Assembly (NCBI RefSeq): GCF_017876815.1 | Contig: NZ_JAGIOS010000001.1 | Location: 330,001-362,000, forward strand | From: Sinorhizobium meliloti | GTDB lineage: Bacteria; Pseudomonadota; Alphaproteobacteria; Rhizobiales; Rhizobiaceae | Length of the DNA stretch: 32,000 nt | Direction: 5' to 3' | Part shown: positions 27,393-32,000 of the stretch, in pieces | How positions within the stretch are numbered: the stretch's first letter is position 1 | Layout of the letters: every line of letters begins with the position of its first letter | Notes under the pieces: model-generated | The model's database searches: none | The model's input: the letters and a program-made list of their open reading frames with translations, nothing else | What the model was told of the DNA's origin: nothing | Made by a program: the position numbers and the translations under genes

Positions 27393-27606
27393 GGAGCAAA
27401 TCAAAGTGCTGCCGCGAGCCCTGCGCTTCCGGCAAGACACGCGGCGCCGCAGGAGCCGCGGACGAAGACCTCCCCGGAGGATTTTCTTGCCGCGCTGCGC
27501 CAAAAAAGCCATTCTATTCTTGAAGACTTGCGCCCGATTTCCAATCGGCTCCGGGCCAACCAGCGGTGGCGCCTCGAAGCGTACCATCGGCAATGAAAGG
27601 TTTGAT

Positions 27607-29436
27607 ATGCGGCAGAATACATTCCTTCGCCTTTTCAGCGGCGTGGCAATGCTGGTTCTTGCAACGGTGAGCGGCAACCAGCAGGCCTTTGCCGAGGAGA
27701 AGGCGCCGGTCGAAGACGCCGAGCCTTTCGACATCAGGAGCGTCAACACCTTTGCCGGCGCATTCCTTGCGGCGCGCACGGCGGACGTCGATCGCGACTT
27801 TGCTGCGGCAACCGAGCTCTATCGTACCGCACTCAGGTTCGAGCCCGGCAATAACGATGTCAAGCAGCGGCTGATGATCACGCTGCTGATGAGCGGCAAG
27901 TTCGATGAAGGCGCCAAGATCGCCGAAGAGCTGAAATCGGATCCCGCCGTCGAAAGGATCACCACGGTGGTCCGCGCGATCGAAGCGATCCGCAAGCGCG
28001 AATACCGCAACGCGCAAAAGCTCTTGAACTACGATGGTCCGAACGATCTCGACCGGCTGATGAGTTCGCTGCTTTCCGCCTGGGCCAAGTTCGGCCAGGG
28101 CCGGCCGAAGGAGGCGCTGGCGCAGATCAAGAATCTGGAGGGCCCGGAATGGTTCCGGATCTTCAGGAACTATCATGCCGGGGCGATTGCGCTTGCGGCC
28201 GGAGACAAGGCGACTGCGCGCGCCCGGCTCAACGACGCCATTCTTGACCGCGAAGGCGGCGGCGCCGCGCCGGACACCTTCATGCGGGCCGTCGAGGCGC
28301 TGGCGCGGTTCGAAGCGCGCGAAGGCAACAAGCAGAAGGCGTTGGATACGATTTCCGTCGGCGAAAGCCTCGTCAACAACTACACTCCGCTCGAGGCGCT
28401 GAGGAAGAGTGTCGAGGAAGGAAAGCCGCAGGAGCAGCAGGTACGCAACGCCGTGCAGGGTGCGGCCGCCGTGCTCTTTTCGATCGGCGGCGCACTCAAC
28501 CGCGAGGGCGCGGAAGACATAGTTTCGCTCTACCTTCAGACGGCGCGACGGCTCGACCCGGAAAGCGCCGATATTCTCGTGATGCTCGGCGGCATCGCCG
28601 AAAATCTGAAAAAGCCGGAAGAGGCGATCGAGCTTTACAAGAGCGTGCCGGAGAGCTCGCCGATGCGTCGCCTTTCCGAACTCCAGCTTGGCCTCAGCCT
28701 CGCCGGCATCGGCAAGGTCGACGAGGCGAAGAAGCATCTGAAAGGGCTGATCGACGTCGATCCCAAGAACATCCGCAACTATCTCGCCTATGGCAGCGTG
28801 CTTTCCGACGCCAAGAACTACAAGGAGATGGGCGAGCTTTACGACCGCGCGGTCGCCGCGATCGGCCCCGTGCCGAAGCGGAGCGACTGGACCGTCTTCT
28901 TCCAGCGCGGCATTGCCTACGAACGCCAGAAGCTCTGGGAAAAGGCCGAGCCGAACTTTCGCAAGGCGCTGGAGCTCAACCCGGATCAGCCGCAGGTTCT
29001 GAACTATCTCGGCTATTCCTGGGTCGACATGAACATCAACCTCGAGGACGGGCTTGAGATGATCCGCAAGGCGGTCGAGCTCAAGCCCGACGATGGCTAC
29101 ATCGTCGACTCGCTCGGCTGGGCCTATTTCCGCATGAACCGGTTCGACGAGGCTGTGACCGAGCTCGAGCGCGCTGCGGAACTGATGGCCGGCGACGCGA
29201 CGATCAACGACCACCTCGGCGACGCCTACTGGCGCGTCGGCCGGAAGCTCGAAGCGGTGTTCCAGTGGAATCAGGCGCTGGAGCTGAAGCCCGAGGAAGC
29301 GGAAATTCCGAAGATCAAGGCGAAGATCGAAAACGGTCTGCCGCCGCTTAAGGAACCGGTCCCGGCGGCGGCGGATGCCAAGGAAAAGCTGCCGAAAAAG
29401 ACCGGCCCGGAGACAGCGCCGGACAAGAAGTCCTGA
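27607..29436 (+). CDS. secreted tetratricopeptide-repeat (TPR) protein
   Basis: The start is placed at ATG 27607 (MRQNTFLRLFSGVAMLVLATVSGNQQAFA, a cleavable signal peptide) with a GAAAGG upstream. There are multiple TPR units (for example AEPNFRKALELNPDQPQVLNYLGYSW and AVFQWNQALELKPEE). The in-frame upstream 82 codons are Arg-rich and were rejected. Confidence 0.85.
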   Translation: MRQNTFLRLFSGVAMLVLATVSGNQQAFAEEKAPVEDAEPFDIRSVNTFAGAFLAARTADVDRDFAAATELYRTALRFEPGNNDVKQRLMITLLMSGKFDEGAKIAEELKSDPAVERITTVVRAIEAIRKREYRNAQKLLNYDGPNDLDRLMSSLLSAWAKFGQGRPKEALAQIKNLEGPEWFRIFRNYHAGAIALAAGDKATARARLNDAILDREGGGAAPDTFMRAVEALARFEAREGNKQKALDTISVGESLVNNYTPLEALRKSVEEGKPQEQQVRNAVQGAAAVLFSIGGALNREGAEDIVSLYLQTARRLDPESADILVMLGGIAENLKKPEEAIELYKSVPESSPMRRLSELQLGLSLAGIGKVDEAKKHLKGLIDVDPKNIRNYLAYGSVLSDAKNYKEMGELYDRAVAAIGPVPKRSDWTVFFQRGIAYERQKLWEKAEPNFRKALELNPDQPQVLNYLGYSWVDMNINLEDGLEMIRKAVELKPDDGYIVDSLGWAYFRMNRFDEAVTELERAAELMAGDATINDHLGDAYWRVGRKLEAVFQWNQALELKPEEAEIPKIKAKIENGLPPLKEPVPAAADAKEKLPKKTGPETAPDKKS

Positions 29437-29443
29437 CTGCAAC

Positions 29444-30349
29444 ATGCAGGCAGGCGGCATTCCGGGCTTCGCACTGACCTTTGCGGCGCCCGCCAAGATC
29501 AATCTCGCGCTGCACGTCGTCGGGCAGCGCGCCGACGGCCACCATCTGCTGGAAAGCCTGGTGACCTTCGCCGAATGTGGCGACCGGGTCGGGCTGATCG
29601 CGGCGGACAGGGACCGTTTCACGGTGTCGGGCCGCTTCGCGACCGACCTTTCAGCCGAGGGCAATGGTGGTAATCTCGTGCTCCGCGCCCGGGACCTGCT
29701 GCGGCGCGAGCTTGCGGCGCAGGGTAGAATGGCAGGCCCGGTTCATCTGCATCTCGAGAAGAACCTGCCGATAGCATCGGGGATCGGCGGCGGCTCGGCC
29801 GATGCAGCCGCGACTCTGCGCGGGCTGCTGTCGCTCTGGGGCGCGACTGTCGAAGCGGCAAGCCTCAACAGCCTTGCGCTGCAGCTCGGCGCGGACGTCC
29901 CGATGTGTCTCGACCGGGGGCCCCTCGTCGCGAGAGGCATCGGCGAAGAGATCACGCCTCTTCCCGATCTGCCGCCCTTCGACGTCGTCCTCGTCAATCC
30001 CCTCGTCGCGGTCTCCACGCCGGTTATCTTCCGATCGCTCGTCAGGAAGACCAATCCTCCGCTGGTCTTGCCTGAAGATGCCCGCTCGACTGCCGAATGG
30101 CTGACGGCCATGGCGGCCATGCGGAACGACCTGGAGCCGCCGGCACGTGCGCACGAGCCGATGATCGAAACCGTCTCGAACGCATTGCGCGACGCAGGCG
30201 CGGCGCTCGTGCGGATGTCCGGCTCGGGTGCCACCTGCTTCGGCCTGTTCACGGGGATGAAAAGCGCCGAACGTGCCGCTGAGACCATTTCCGCCGGCCA
30301 CCCGCGATGGTACGTTCAGGCGACGCGAACCGCGGGAAAATCAGGATAA
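29444..30349 (+). CDS. ispE: 4-(cytidine 5'-diphospho)-2-C-methyl-D-erythritol kinase
   Basis: APAKINLALHVVGQRADGHH and the GHMP kinase motif NLPIASGIGGGSADAAA. ATG 29444 lies 7 nt after the TPR stop. Confidence 0.93.
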   Translation: MQAGGIPGFALTFAAPAKINLALHVVGQRADGHHLLESLVTFAECGDRVGLIAADRDRFTVSGRFATDLSAEGNGGNLVLRARDLLRRELAAQGRMAGPVHLHLEKNLPIASGIGGGSADAAATLRGLLSLWGATVEAASLNSLALQLGADVPMCLDRGPLVARGIGEEITPLPDLPPFDVVLVNPLVAVSTPVIFRSLVRKTNPPLVLPEDARSTAEWLTAMAAMRNDLEPPARAHEPMIETVSNALRDAGAALVRMSGSGATCFGLFTGMKSAERAAETISAGHPRWYVQATRTAGKSG

Positions 30350-30356
30350 CGCCAGA

Positions 30357-30899
30357 ATGCCCAGCCTCGATGAAAGACGCCCCTTCATCCCCATCGGCAT
30401 CGCCGTGCTCACGGTCTCGGACACGCGCACACGCGCGGACGACAAGTCCGGCGATGTGCTCGAAGCGAGAATACGAGAGGCCGGCCACCGGCTCGAGGCG
30501 CGGACAATCGTTCCCGACGAGCGCGAGAAGATCTACGGACAGGTGAAGGCCTGGACGCTCGATGCCGCGATCGACGTCGTCATCACCACCGGGGGCACCG
30601 GATTCACGGGCCGCGACGTTACGCCGGAAGCGCTGGAGCCGCTCTTCGAGAAACGCATGGATGGCTTTTCGGAGGTGTTCCACCGGATCTCTTACGAGAA
30701 GATCGGCACGTCGACGATCCAGTCGCGGGTCACGGGCGGGGTCGCCAATGCGACGTTCATCTTCGTCCTGCCCGGATCCCCCGGTGCCTGCAAGGACGCC
30801 TGGGACGGAATCCTGAAGCAGCAACTCGATTACCGGCACATGCCGTGCAATTTCGTCGAGATCATGCCGCGGCTCGACGAGCACCTGAAGCGCGGCTGA
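30357..30899 (+). CDS. moaB: molybdenum cofactor biosynthesis protein B
   Basis: Collinear with E. coli MoaB as I recall it (IAVLTVSDTR...DDKSG, VITTGGTGFTGRD, IGTSTIQSR, PGSPGACKDAW, PCNF). ATG 30357 lies 7 nt after the ispE stop. Confidence 0.9.
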   Translation: MPSLDERRPFIPIGIAVLTVSDTRTRADDKSGDVLEARIREAGHRLEARTIVPDEREKIYGQVKAWTLDAAIDVVITTGGTGFTGRDVTPEALEPLFEKRMDGFSEVFHRISYEKIGTSTIQSRVTGGVANATFIFVLPGSPGACKDAWDGILKQQLDYRHMPCNFVEIMPRLDEHLKRG

Positions 30900-31150
30900 C
30901 GAGATTCGTGTTCCGTTTGGAACAGACCCGCGCCCCGAATCCCGCTAGTTTGCCTTCGTCGGCTTGGCTCGAAGCGGGCAAGGCAAGCACCGTTTAATTG
31001 CTTCGAGCGAATGCCCGGCCTCTTTCCGGGGCAATATTGGGAAAGAGAGAAGGCTACGACGTGCTGCCCGTCCGAAACGATGGGCATGCATGGCAAGACA
31101 TTTTCACAGACGGATATTTTTCATAAACAAGGTCATTTGAGAGCCACTTT

Positions 31151-31180
31151 GGGGGTACCGCAAGGTACGCCCCATTCTTG
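31151..31180 (+). other. GNRA-looped hairpin with a weakly U-rich tail in the moaB-downstream gap (terminator or 5' leader element)
   Basis: GGGGGTACC-GCAA-GGTACGCCCC (31151-31173, 9 bp with a one-base bulge) followed by ATTCTTGCTT. No flanking gene explains it. Confidence 0.3.
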
Positions 31181-31353
31181 CTTCGGAGAAGCGGCTCAGC
31201 TCGGGGCTACGGCCACCATGTCACGGCTTCTCATCGACGGAGAAAGCCCACTCGCATTTGCCGCCTCGGAGCCCCTTTTCCTCGTTTTCACTCAGACGCA
31301 GGCGCGCTGGTCGACAAGGCCCGCACTGCAACCCGCCAGGGTAGGAGGAAGTC

Positions 31354-32000
31354 ATGGGAACGGCAGAGCACGCTTACTCGAAAACGGATCGGCCCGAGAC
31401 CGAGGTTCCGCTGGGGCTGCAGGCCTTCTACGAACGTCGGCAGAAGGATGAATGGCAGGCAACGGTAACCAGGCTGGACGCATTGCGCCAGTCTTTCGCA
31501 GAGCAGCGCCGGCAGGTCTTTTCACCTGACCTGCGCGACAGGATCGCGCAGGTCGCAAGGTCGGGCCGACGTGATGATCCGCGCGGGCCCGGTCTTCGAT
31601 ACAGGTCGCTCGTCGAGGCCAGGAATACCGGCCTTGATCTGAACGCGCTCAAACGGCTTCATAAGCGTGCCTATGGCGAAGTCGGCGAGTTGGTGAGGGG
31701 CCACGAAGCCTTCCACCGCCACGAAACGGTGGTCGGCAGCGTCGCCGACATCTTCAAACAACCGCCGCTCGTGTATGTCGCGCCCGATCCCGACAAGGAA
31801 AAGCTGTTCCTCCCGCCCTTTGGAGGCTGCTGGGACAGACTCGAGCAGAACCAGGCAACCGGCGACGGAGCAATCGTGGAGAACAGTTCCTATTTGGACT
31901 GTGCGGGACGGATGGGATCGAGACTGATCGCCCGCAACAATAGTGCCTCCGATGCTGAAATCCTCTGCGCCTATCGGGAGAACGGCTACCTCGTGCCGTT
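31354..32000 (+). CDS. hypothetical protein, 5' part only (ORF runs off the window end; absent from the supplied ORF track)
   Basis: I hand-translated from ATG 31354, which has an AGGAGG 5 nt upstream and an in-frame TAG at 31342. The result is 215 stop-free codons: MGTAEHAYSKTDRPETEVPLGLQAFYERRQKDEWQATVTRLDALRQSF...CAYRENGYLVP. Codon usage looks coding. No family recognised. Confidence 0.6.
   Translation, partial: MGTAEHAYSKTDRPETEVPLGLQAFYERRQKDEWQATVTRLDALRQSFAEQRRQVFSPDLRDRIAQVARSGRRDDPRGPGLRYRSLVEARNTGLDLNALKRLHKRAYGEVGELVRGHEAFHRHETVVGSVADIFKQPPLVYVAPDPDKEKLFLPPFGGCWDRLEQNQATGDGAIVENSSYLDCAGRMGSRLIARNNSASDAEILCAYRENGYLVP

Noticed and set aside
27361-27606. In-frame 82-codon N-terminal extension of the TPR ORF
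   Set aside because: The extension is extremely Arg-rich (RRRRSRGRRPPRR) and would bury the signal peptide internally. ATG 27607 has a Shine-Dalgarno-like GAAAGG and yields a canonical signal peptide.
27514-29664. 716-aa ORF on the minus strand, fully antisense to the TPR gene and longer than it
   Set aside because: Its composition is the Arg/Leu/Ala/Gly/Asp/Val-rich pattern typical of antisense frames in high-GC genes. It has no motifs and no Shine-Dalgarno. The + strand product has unmistakable TPR repeats, a signal peptide and tight operon spacing, so this is a shadow ORF.
31011-31468. 146-aa and 96-aa + strand ORFs in the moaB-downstream gap
   Set aside because: They have no Shine-Dalgarno and odd composition, and they overlap the start of the better-supported 31354 ORF in other frames. 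They are treated as non-coding.
1-32000. Search for CRISPR arrays, rRNA, tRNA and prophage or defence islands
   Set aside because: Reading the intergenic regions showed no regularly spaced direct repeats and no tRNA-like T-loop/acceptor patterns. No phage, restriction, toxin-antitoxin or other defence-type genes were seen. Apart from one IS, the window is a core housekeeping region.

Overview
This is a high-GC (roughly 60%+) alphaproteobacterial chromosomal segment. Gene content and an ISRm2011-2-like IS630 element point to Rhizobiaceae, probably Sinorhizobium/Ensifer. All calls come from reading the supplied translations and the DNA; no database search was run. Most of the window is densely packed core housekeeping: a Sua5-type t6A enzyme, a GlcD-like FAD oxidoreductase, ubiA, purD, glyS and glyQ, an SppA-type peptidase, an NPPF methyltransferase, ispB, ispE and moaB. 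I found no rRNA, tRNA or CRISPR array. The less ordinary parts are: (1) an orphan PotD-like periplasmic binding protein translationally coupled (GTGA overlap) to a 2-TM/HAMP/SGDEF/EAL protein, resembling the Vibrio NspS-MbaA polyamine to c-di-GMP sensor; (2) glyQ and glyS separated by 4.2 kb holding a LemA plus DUF2207 membrane module and a complete 1053-bp IS630-family element with TA duplication and an A7 -1 frameshift site; (3) a 769-aa protein built from six DUF1217 modules; (4) a secreted TPR protein packed against ispE-moaB; (5) an AraC regulator divergent from an Fsr-like MFS exporter; (6) an ORF missing from the supplied track that starts at 31354 and runs off the window end, behind a 450-bp structured leader. 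The many long antisense ORFs are GC-driven shadows. I see no clear-cut novel multi-gene system; candidates are ranked honestly below.
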